Source of the DNA: a virus
Lineage: Duplodnaviria > Caudoviricetes
IMG/VR virus record: IMGVR_UViG_3300020187_001966
Length of the DNA: 64,000 nt
Direction: 5' to 3' (one strand)
Shown: piece by piece, positions 17,808-25,831 of the stretch
Numbering within the stretch: the first letter of the stretch is position 1
Layout: each line of letters starts with the position of its first letter
Made by a program: the position numbers and the translations under genes
The notes under the pieces: model-generated
The model's database searches: none
Seen by the model: the letters and a program-made list of their open reading frames with translations, nothing else
Told to the model about the DNA's origin: nothing

Positions 17808-17842
17808 AAGCCCTTAGCATTAATTTGTTGGGGGCTTTTTTT
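17808..17842 (+). terminator. Intrinsic terminator after the small ORF
   Basis: AAGCCCTTAGCA-loop-TGTTGGGGGCTT followed by a T run. Confidence 0.7.
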
Positions 17843-17845
17843 ATG

Positions 17846-17917
17846 AACACACTATGTCCTACTGCAATAGGAAGCGTTGCAGCGCATAGATCCCGAAAGG
17901 GTCGAAGTTAGTGTGTT
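17846..17917 (+). ncRNA. Compact multi-stem RNA element with complementary loops
   Basis: AACACAC/GTGTGTT closing stem, TCCTA-CTGCAA-TAGGA hairpin, downstream TTGCAG complementary to that loop, and CCC-GAAA-GGG hairpin. Confidence 0.5.
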
Positions 17918-17928
17918 TTTAAAAAAAT

Positions 17929-18002
17929 GAGGGTGTAGTGAAATGGTATCACGCTGGTCTCCAAAACCAGAAGCAGGAGTTCGATTCTCCTCACCTTTGC
18001 CA
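17929..18002 (+). tRNA. trnW: tRNA-Trp (CCA)
   Basis: Cloverleaf with anticodon arm CTGGT-CTCCAAA-ACCAG, T arm AGGAG-TTCGATT-CTCCT, and encoded CCA end. Confidence 0.93.
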
Positions 18003-18008
18003 AATAAT

Positions 18009-18085
18009 TCTACCTTAGCTCAGTAGGTTAGAGCGCCTGATTGTGGATCAGGAGGTCTCTGGTTCGATTCCAGAAGGTAGGACCA
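18009..18085 (+). tRNA. trnH: tRNA-His (GTG), no G-1, discriminator A73
   Basis: Anticodon arm CCTGA-TTGTGGA-TCAGG, T arm TCTGG-TTCGATT-CCAGA, acceptor TCTACCT/AGGTAGG, then A-CCA. Confidence 0.93.
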
Positions 18086-18101
18086 ATTTTATCTTTACTG
18101 C

Positions 18102-18109
18102 TATAAATA
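18102..18109 (+). promoter_or_regulatory. Late promoter TATAAATA
   Basis: Exact consensus upstream of the first fibre gene. Confidence 0.7.
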
Positions 18110-18130
18110 GTATTAACATGGAGATAAGAT

Positions 18131-19300
18131 ATGAGCACCACAAAATATAAACAGGATTTAGACGTTACTGGAAACATAACCTTATCCGGAAATGTAACAG
18201 CAGACGGAAACGTAATATTAGGTGATGCTGATACAGATAGCATTACACTAAATGCTGACATAACAAGTAACATAGTACCAGATGTCACTAACACATATGA
18301 TTTAGGTGCTACTGGTAAAAACTGGAAAGACTTGTTTATAGCTAATGATATTACTGTTGGTAACAATATCGTTGCTCTACAAGTAGCTACTCTTAGTGAT
18401 GTAACAGTCGGAGCTGATTTAAGTGTTGCAGGTGATGCTGACATTACTGGAAACTTAGATGTTACAGGTAATATCACAAGTGCCGCATCAGGAACACCAA
18501 CAGTAACTAGTTCAACAGATATTAATTTACAAGCAGGCACAGGTGCCGCTGATCGTGTTGAAGTTACACAATCTCCTTTCAAAGTTGCTAGTTTTACTAC
18601 AGCACAACGTGATGCGAAAACTAGTGAAAATGGCGACGTGATTTACAATACTACAACTGCTCAACTAGAATGTTATCAGGACAGTAGCTGGTCAGCTTTG
18701 AGAATAAATGAATCAGAGATTGCACTTGGTAAAGACGCAGGTAAAACAAGTCAAGGCGCAGGCTCAGTAGCAGTTGGGTATGAAGCAGGCAATACAGGTC
18801 AAGGCGCAAATGCAATAGCAATTGGTGAAAAAGCAGGTTATGCAAACCAAGCCGCAAACTCGATTGTAATAAACGCAACTGGTACAGAAGTATACAGCTT
18901 TGGAAGTGGTCTAGTAATTACACCAATTAGAAGTGCAAGTGGTACAACTACGTTGATGTATGATGCTTCGACAGGAGAAATTACACATACAGCAACACCA
19001 GCACAACAAACTATGATAGGAAGTGTGCAACAAATTAGTGGCCCTGGAGCAATTGACGTAACATCATACATTACTGAAATTACAACAACTGGCGCAGATG
19101 CCTACACACTTGCAGATGGTGTAGCAGGACAAATAAAAATAATTAGTATGATAGTAGATGGCGGTGACGCAACAATTACTCCGACTACATTTGCTACTGG
19201 AACGACAATTACAATGGCTGATGTAAACGATAACATAACATTATTATATGGTGCCAATGGTTGGGTGAATACCGCAAACCAAGGCTCAATTATAGCATAA
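18131..19300 (+). CDS. Virion fibre/decoration protein with YadA-head-like repeats
   Basis: Thr/Gly-rich beta repeats; IALGKDAG...SVAVGYEAG...AIAIGEKAG. Confidence 0.6.
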   Translation: MSTTKYKQDLDVTGNITLSGNVTADGNVILGDADTDSITLNADITSNIVPDVTNTYDLGATGKNWKDLFIANDITVGNNIVALQVATLSDVTVGADLSVAGDADITGNLDVTGNITSAASGTPTVTSSTDINLQAGTGAADRVEVTQSPFKVASFTTAQRDAKTSENGDVIYNTTTAQLECYQDSSWSALRINESEIALGKDAGKTSQGAGSVAVGYEAGNTGQGANAIAIGEKAGYANQAANSIVINATGTEVYSFGSGLVITPIRSASGTTTLMYDASTGEITHTATPAQQTMIGSVQQISGPGAIDVTSYITEITTTGADAYTLADGVAGQIKIISMIVDGGDATITPTTFATGTTITMADVNDNITLLYGANGWVNTANQGSIIA

Positions 19301-19316
19301 TAACTTAGGAAATAAC

Positions 19317-21728
19317 ATGAGTGAAAAATATTACACATTAGGAACACATACTACTGAGCAATGGACTGAATTGCATGCCGAACTTATTGCAGACGGAAAC
19401 ACATATGAAAGTGTGCCAGCTAGAGAAGTTACAGTAGAAGATGATAAATTACACAGTCCAACACGTGGTAGTTACTTACTTACACTAGAAGAAGCAACTG
19501 CATTACAAGGCGATGGACGTGTAAAATTTATCAATGAAAGTCCTGAAAAGTATCCTGAAACATATATGCCATCGTGGGAAGATTTACATTGTGCAACTAA
19601 CAATACACTAACTGACAGATGGGCAGATCCATATAACAATTATCAAATGTGGACTGTTGGTAGTAGTAGTGTACAAAGCAACTTTCTAAATGCAGAACCA
19701 TCGCTAAACCGTACAACAGCATTATACAGAATGCAAACAAAACAAAATCCTTGGAAAACAAGTAGTACCGCAGAAAATGTTGCTATCAATGCTACAGTAG
19801 CACAAGTTGGCGCAGGAGAAAACGTTGATATTATTTGTGCTGATAATGCTAGTTGGATTGGACATACAGAATTTATCAACAGTGGTGTTACAAACGCAGT
19901 GAATCCGAGTGACTATGAAGGTGGCAATGTGCTTCCTGGAAATGGTATTTGTGATTGTTTAGATTTAGTATTAGACGCTCCGTATTATATTGACCCAGAT
20001 TGGTTTAATGAAACCCCTACAACTTTTACTAGAGTATTATATGCGACTCCAATTCAAACTAGTGATTATACAGTATATAGTGGACAAGATCGTGATGGTG
20101 CTAATGGTGGCGGACCTGATTATCCTATTACTATATATGTAGGCGATACATTAAGACTAACTAATACAAGTCCATCTGGATCTCATCCTTTATATATTAA
20201 AACTGCCCAAACTACTGGTACAGGCGACCAAGCACCAAATACTACTGGGCAAGGAGCCATAAACGGACAAACTGTTACTTTTTCACCAACTGAAGCAGGA
20301 ACATATTATTATCAGTGTAGTTCTCATGGACCAATGGGCGGAACTATTACTGTTGAGCAAGGTGCCAAAATTGAAAAACGTTGGGACGGAACTATTGTTC
20401 CAAAAGAGGCAGATGCAAGACTATGGTGGCAAAGTACTGGTTTCCGAAGCGCAGAATTTGCACCTTTTGGCAATATTCCAGTTAGTAGCAGTTATACTAG
20501 AAATGCGTCTAATGGTAGTAATACGACATTTCCTACTAGTGGCACACACGGAACACAGTGCGCCAGTTTAATATTTGGACGTACACATGGTTGGGCATAT
20601 AATGCTAACAAGTGGATCTTAAATTTATACGGCACAGGTAACCCAGGTAGTATGGAAATTGGTTTTGATTTACAAAAAGTATTTCATCAGTATAAACCAG
20701 TAAACCCAACATACGGAACAAAAGATCCAACAATGAGTTCAAACAGTTGGGGATATAGATCAAGTACTAAAGGTGGTAGCCATTACTATTGGAGAACAGA
20801 CTCACCAGTTGCGTATAGCGGAACAGCTTTTGAGCCAGGATTTATTAGTTGGTTAGGCGCAACTGGAGATAGTGGTCGTTGGAAAAGTGAAATGTATGAC
20901 AATAGTATGACAGCGGCTGGCGACGAACTTACACAAGCAGGTGTAATTATGGTTTGTGCCGCAGGAAATAGTAACCAACCACAATATAATCCAGATCATC
21001 CAAATTATGATAACCGTATTAGTAACAACGATACCAATACATTCTATCAAGATACATTTGATGAGTTTGGATTTAACGTAACAGGATCAACAAACAGACG
21101 AGGCTTTCCTCAACATATTGGTAAAACAGAAAGCCAAACTTTACAAGGTAATACTACAGTTAAGTTTCCAGCAATTAATATTGGCGCACTAGATGACGAT
21201 ATGACTGGAAGTTACACTCAAGATAGAAAAGTAAATTACAGCGACATGGGTAACGCAATTGATTTGTATGCTCCAGCAGACGGAACATTAGCCGCAACAG
21301 AAGGCACATATGGAGTTGATGTTTTTAGAACTGATGATAGTTATTCTGGGTTAACAGCTATTTCTAGGTGTAGAGATACACGCTTTAGTGGTACTAGTGC
21401 CGCATGTCCTGTCGCATGTGGATTCTTAGCACTTGTAATGCAGTATAATAGAGGCTGGACATATGACGATCTTCGAAATTGGATACAAAATAATCTAGAA
21501 GAACAGCCAACAGCAGATATGTACGAAGGTGTCGAAGTTACAAGTCCTACAGCGAGTTGGAGTAGTGATTATAATGCCCTACAAGGTAGTCCACGTAGAA
21601 TATTATATCAAGCAACCATTCCAGTAAGTACTGCATACCCAAGTGGTGGTGGAGGCGCTGCAGCAGCGCCAACTGTTGGGTTGTCAGGGCCAATAGTACT
21701 ATCTGGTATTTCAATAATTAGAACTTGA
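19317..21728 (+). CDS. Subtilisin-like S8 serine protease with a cupredoxin-like insertion
   Basis: Asp (DIICAD), HGTQCAS, AAGNS oxyanion Asn and SGTSAACP; insert contains SHP...YYYQCSSHGPMGG. Confidence 0.8.
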   Translation: MSEKYYTLGTHTTEQWTELHAELIADGNTYESVPAREVTVEDDKLHSPTRGSYLLTLEEATALQGDGRVKFINESPEKYPETYMPSWEDLHCATNNTLTDRWADPYNNYQMWTVGSSSVQSNFLNAEPSLNRTTALYRMQTKQNPWKTSSTAENVAINATVAQVGAGENVDIICADNASWIGHTEFINSGVTNAVNPSDYEGGNVLPGNGICDCLDLVLDAPYYIDPDWFNETPTTFTRVLYATPIQTSDYTVYSGQDRDGANGGGPDYPITIYVGDTLRLTNTSPSGSHPLYIKTAQTTGTGDQAPNTTGQGAINGQTVTFSPTEAGTYYYQCSSHGPMGGTITVEQGAKIEKRWDGTIVPKEADARLWWQSTGFRSAEFAPFGNIPVSSSYTRNASNGSNTTFPTSGTHGTQCASLIFGRTHGWAYNANKWILNLYGTGNPGSMEIGFDLQKVFHQYKPVNPTYGTKDPTMSSNSWGYRSSTKGGSHYYWRTDSPVAYSGTAFEPGFISWLGATGDSGRWKSEMYDNSMTAAGDELTQAGVIMVCAAGNSNQPQYNPDHPNYDNRISNNDTNTFYQDTFDEFGFNVTGSTNRRGFPQHIGKTESQTLQGNTTVKFPAINIGALDDDMTGSYTQDRKVNYSDMGNAIDLYAPADGTLAATEGTYGVDVFRTDDSYSGLTAISRCRDTRFSGTSAACPVACGFLALVMQYNRGWTYDDLRNWIQNNLEEQPTADMYEGVEVTSPTASWSSDYNALQGSPRRILYQATIPVSTAYPSGGGGAAAAPTVGLSGPIVLSGISIIRT

Positions 21729-21753
21729 CGCAGAACTTAACTTATGTTAGAAT
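21725..21753 (+). promoter_or_regulatory. Sigma70-type promoter, probably giving a leaderless heme oxygenase mRNA
   Basis: TTGACG, 17 nt, TAGAAT; the ATG is 6 nt downstream and has no SD. Confidence 0.6.
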
Positions 21754-21759
21754 TATATT

Positions 21760-22293
21760 ATGAGCAACCTTAAACAACTAACAATGGATCATCACAGGTC
21801 TGCGGAACGATGTGGATTCGTTAAAGTTCTGATGAGTGGAAGTATAAATCCAGTCGTGTACGGAACATTTTTATTAAATCAATATCACAAGTATAGCGCA
21901 CTAGAATCTCTTGCTCTCGACCGTGGACTTCTTGAAGGTATTGAGTCAATACAACGTGCTGAAAAAATATTAGCAGACGCAACTGAACTGCTATTACATA
22001 ATAATATTGATCTATTAGAAAGCACATCTGAGTATGTTACCCATATTCAAACACTGAACGATCATGATCTTTTTGCACACATTTATGTACACCATATGGG
22101 AGATCTAAGTGGTGGACAAATGATTAGAAAACGTGTACCAGGTGCTTGTACAATGTACGACTTTGATGGAGATGTAAGCGAAATCAAAGATCAAATACGT
22201 AGTCGATGTAAAGACTCTATGGCACAAGAAGCTAAAATGTGCTTTGATTTTGCTATAAAACAGTTTAACGAAATGACTCAACTCACCGCATAA
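21760..22293 (+). CDS. hemO: Heme oxygenase
   Basis: N-terminal proximal His (DHHRSAE), Y..LE, and distal helix AHIYVHHMGDLSGGQMI. Confidence 0.85.
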   Translation: MSNLKQLTMDHHRSAERCGFVKVLMSGSINPVVYGTFLLNQYHKYSALESLALDRGLLEGIESIQRAEKILADATELLLHNNIDLLESTSEYVTHIQTLNDHDLFAHIYVHHMGDLSGGQMIRKRVPGACTMYDFDGDVSEIKDQIRSRCKDSMAQEAKMCFDFAIKQFNEMTQLTA

Positions 22294-22296
22294 ATA
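22289..22296 (+). promoter_or_regulatory. Late promoter variant CATAAATA
   Basis: Resumes late transcription after the heme oxygenase gene; the same variant occurs at 27608-27615. Confidence 0.5.
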
Positions 22297-22321
22297 CATT
22301 AAAGTATTGTGAGAGAGTTAC

Positions 22322-25300
22322 ATGGCCATAAATTTTGATCATCAACGGGATAGAATTAGCTCTAGTAGTCAGAGCATAACAGTAAATACAACTGGCGCAT
22401 TTACGATCCCAGTTGGTAATACAGCGCAACGACCGACAGCTGCAAGCGGTCAAATTAGATTTAACAGTCAACAACAAAGTTTTGAAGGGTACAACGGCGC
22501 AGGCTGGAGTACACTTGGTGGCGTGCGTGATGTTGACGGAAATACATATGTTATTGCTGAAACTGGACCAGGTGTTAATAATAACGAACTAGATTTTTAT
22601 ACTGATGGTACACAACGTTTTCAAATTGGTGCTACTGGTGATTTTAAATTTGGTGATACGCTTGCTGAAGTAACCATTTCGGGTGCTACTGGTAATACAA
22701 GTATTGGCGGTACGCTTAGTGTTACTGGTATAGCAAACTTAAACGATACAACTGATTCAACAACTACTACAGACGGTGCTCTTATTGTAGCCGGTGGTGT
22801 TGGCATTGCTAAGAAACTTTTTGTTGGTACTGATTTAGATGTTGCGGGTAATGTACAAATTGATGGTACATTAACAGTTGATGGGATTGCTACACTAAAA
22901 GCAGGTTCAAGCGGAACTATTGCTGTTGGTGATGATGCCACAGATAATGTTGTGTTTAATGCTGATATTAATAGTGACTTTGTACCAGAAGGAAACGGCA
23001 CATACAGTTTAGGTTCATTAACACAAAATTGGAACAAAGCATTTTTAAGAACACTTGATAGTGATACTGATATTATTACTGTTGATATTAATGGTGCTCT
23101 TGTACTTCCAGTTGGCACAATATTAGAACGTCCAGCTACAGCGGCGCAAGGTATGATCCGCTACAACAGTGAAGATACTACCTTTGAAGGTTATGATGGC
23201 ACAGCATGGGGTTCACTTGGTGGAGTTAAAGATGTTGATCAAGACACTTACATTAGTGCCGAGACAGCACCAGGCGACGACAACGATGAACTAGATTTTT
23301 ATACTGGTGGTGTAGAGCGTATGTCTATTGGCGCTACTGGACAAATTACAGCGGCTGCAGGATACACACCAACTAACCCACAAGACTTAATTACAAAAGA
23401 CTTTGCTGAAAATAATATACAAGCAACAGCAGGTACGCCAACAGATAGTAGTTGGCAGGACGGAGCATACTTGGGATTCACAGACGCAGACAAAGTAGCA
23501 GACGTATTAGACGAACTTAATGAATCATTAGAAAATGTACGTAACAATACATTTGTGCGTAGTGTAACATTTACCGGAACACCAACAAGTGGCGGTGCTG
23601 GAACGTCAGTAACACTTAACTTAGTAGTTGACGGAACCGCAAATCGTTATGATATTGATTGGGGAGACGGTAGTACAACTACAGCAACTTCAGATAATAC
23701 ACCAAGTCATACATATACAAGTAATACTGGAAGTCCTTACACTGTGGTTGTTAGAGCATACAATAACGGTGCTATTGTTGGCAGTGCTGGTAGCGAAGCA
23801 AGTTCAACAAGAACAGATTATATTATTATATACACAGCAAACCCAGTTGCGGCATTTGAATTGTATAGAGCATCGTCAGGCGGAAATGCGTTAATTGCTA
23901 CTGATTTATATGTTATAGAAGGTAATGATTTACACATGCGTAATATTACTACTAATACTACTATGGCAGATGTAACTTATACTATGAATTGGGGAGACGG
24001 AACTGCTGCTGATAACATAGCAAGTGATTCAGCAGCCGGTGGTGTTTCTGGAGCTAGACTAGCACATACTTGGGGAGCAGGTACAGCATCTGGTACAGGT
24101 AGAGATACGGTAACATTAACATTAGCAACACATACAACTGCTGATCCAGCAGAAATACCAGTTAATGATACACTAAACTTAAAAGTATATGATCCTAATA
24201 TTGCTACACCAAATGGATTGAATACAAAAACTATTGCGTTTGCTAACGATGAAGGACTTAGTCCAAAACTAGCAAGTGGAGCCACAGATGAAACTGGCAG
24301 TAGTTCATTAACAGCTGGTAACGATGTTGACTTAACAAACAATACAACTGGGCAACTTGAAACAACAGTAATTAGTACATATGCTTATAACGCAAATAGC
24401 GGAACACTTGACGCTAAAATAAACGGTTCCGTAGCTGGATCAAGAGTACTTACTGGTGGTAATGATAGTGGAACATATTTCGATCTTGTAATTACAGATG
24501 AAGAAGATTATAACTTATTAAACGCAGGCGGTAGTGCTACTAGCTTTAACAGTAGTATATACCATCCTGGATTGTATTGGGGATTTAAAGCAAAACTTAG
24601 TGTTGCTGCTGGTGCGATTCTTAAAGGTATTAACAGTTTCCAACTTAGCCACAGTACAACAGGTGACACTAACACTGTTGAATTTGTAAAAGATGATATT
24701 ACAAGTGTACCTACAGTTACAGCAGGTACAGTATCAGAAAATAACGCAGGAACATACAGATATATTTCAGGCATACCTTACTATAACAGTGGTAGCCCAT
24801 CACTTACGCTAAGTGGTGTTACTGTAGACAGCTTTATTGGACAAGCATATAGAAATACAACAAGTGTTGTCAATGTTACTAGTGGTACTAATTTAGAAGG
24901 TACATCACAAAGTTCAATTGGTAATCAACATTATACATATGCGCAAATTAACGGAACTTCATCGTTCTTAACAGGCGGAATTCCAAATGCTGATACTGGT
25001 AACGGTGTTCCTTATACACTTGGTGATTTGACTGTATACATTACTAATAGCAATGTTAGAACTGTTGAAAACATTAGACATAGAACAAACAATATCTATG
25101 GCGCAAGTTCATATCAAACACCATCAGAAATAATTCAAGTACATACAGCAGGTCAATCTAATATTAGTGAACAAGCAATTGATGTTAGTAGTAGTTTAGG
25201 ATCAACGTACACTGATGACGCAGTACGTGTATTTGACTTTAGTGCTGATACAACAAATAATCCTACAATTCCAGCGGCAACAAATTTTTATACAAACAGT

Positions 25301-25822
25301 GTTTACTCTGAAGCATCAGATCCTGGTGTAGTAGGCACAAAAGAAGCAACAATAAGACTAGGTGTATTAGAACACAACGTTAACGACTACAGTACTGGTC
25401 ATCTTCCAGTAGGTCCAGACAGAAGTGGAGATACTGGAACACAGTACATTACTATTGCGTTCCGTAGAACAGTTGTTGCTAACTTTAATATCAATATAAC
25501 AAGTAGTACTGGTGTAAGCGGCGTTTGGATAGCCGCTCCTGGTACAACTATAGATAACACAAGTACAATTAACGGATGGTTAGAATGTGGAACACAGTAT
25601 GGAGGTGCTGGTGTTCCAGGTGCTAATACAGGAAACGGTGGTAACGGCAGTAACGGGTGCGCAAGCACTGGTGGGGATATTATTGCTAGTAACACTGCTT
25701 TAAGTGGATCTTACACAATGACATTGGGTACAGAAAACTTAACTAATGCGACAAATAATGTAGCATTGGTACGTTTTGCTCTAGCAGCTAATCAAAACGT
25801 AACAGCATTGAGTATAACATAA
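22322..25822 (+). CDS. Large virion structural protein with PKD-like domains
   Basis: Repeated LP.G....RP....G.IR.N.....FEGY modules; two DWGDG/NWGDG PKD-like motifs. Confidence 0.7.
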   Translation: MAINFDHQRDRISSSSQSITVNTTGAFTIPVGNTAQRPTAASGQIRFNSQQQSFEGYNGAGWSTLGGVRDVDGNTYVIAETGPGVNNNELDFYTDGTQRFQIGATGDFKFGDTLAEVTISGATGNTSIGGTLSVTGIANLNDTTDSTTTTDGALIVAGGVGIAKKLFVGTDLDVAGNVQIDGTLTVDGIATLKAGSSGTIAVGDDATDNVVFNADINSDFVPEGNGTYSLGSLTQNWNKAFLRTLDSDTDIITVDINGALVLPVGTILERPATAAQGMIRYNSEDTTFEGYDGTAWGSLGGVKDVDQDTYISAETAPGDDNDELDFYTGGVERMSIGATGQITAAAGYTPTNPQDLITKDFAENNIQATAGTPTDSSWQDGAYLGFTDADKVADVLDELNESLENVRNNTFVRSVTFTGTPTSGGAGTSVTLNLVVDGTANRYDIDWGDGSTTTATSDNTPSHTYTSNTGSPYTVVVRAYNNGAIVGSAGSEASSTRTDYIIIYTANPVAAFELYRASSGGNALIATDLYVIEGNDLHMRNITTNTTMADVTYTMNWGDGTAADNIASDSAAGGVSGARLAHTWGAGTASGTGRDTVTLTLATHTTADPAEIPVNDTLNLKVYDPNIATPNGLNTKTIAFANDEGLSPKLASGATDETGSSSLTAGNDVDLTNNTTGQLETTVISTYAYNANSGTLDAKINGSVAGSRVLTGGNDSGTYFDLVITDEEDYNLLNAGGSATSFNSSIYHPGLYWGFKAKLSVAAGAILKGINSFQLSHSTTGDTNTVEFVKDDITSVPTVTAGTVSENNAGTYRYISGIPYYNSGSPSLTLSGVTVDSFIGQAYRNTTSVVNVTSGTNLEGTSQSSIGNQHYTYAQINGTSSFLTGGIPNADTGNGVPYTLGDLTVYITNSNVRTVENIRHRTNNIYGASSYQTPSEIIQVHTAGQSNISEQAIDVSSSLGSTYTDDAVRVFDFSADTTNNPTIPAATNFYTNSVYSEASDPGVVGTKEATIRLGVLEHNVNDYSTGHLPVGPDRSGDTGTQYITIAFRRTVVANFNINITSSTGVSGVWIAAPGTTIDNTSTINGWLECGTQYGGAGVPGANTGNGGNGSNGCASTGGDIIASNTALSGSYTMTLGTENLTNATNNVALVRFALAANQNVTALSIT

Positions 25823-25831
25823 GGGTGAGAG

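Noticed and set aside
17857-17872. Degenerate tRNA-Cys (loop CTGCAA)
   Set aside because: The loop is 6 nt, and there is no T arm (TTCG) or CCA end.
17846-17917. HDV-like (theta) ribozyme, suggested by a P4-like hairpin followed by CGAA and a 3' pairing strand
   Set aside because: I could not find P1, a proper P3 or the GG of P1.1, so it is kept only as an unclassified structure.
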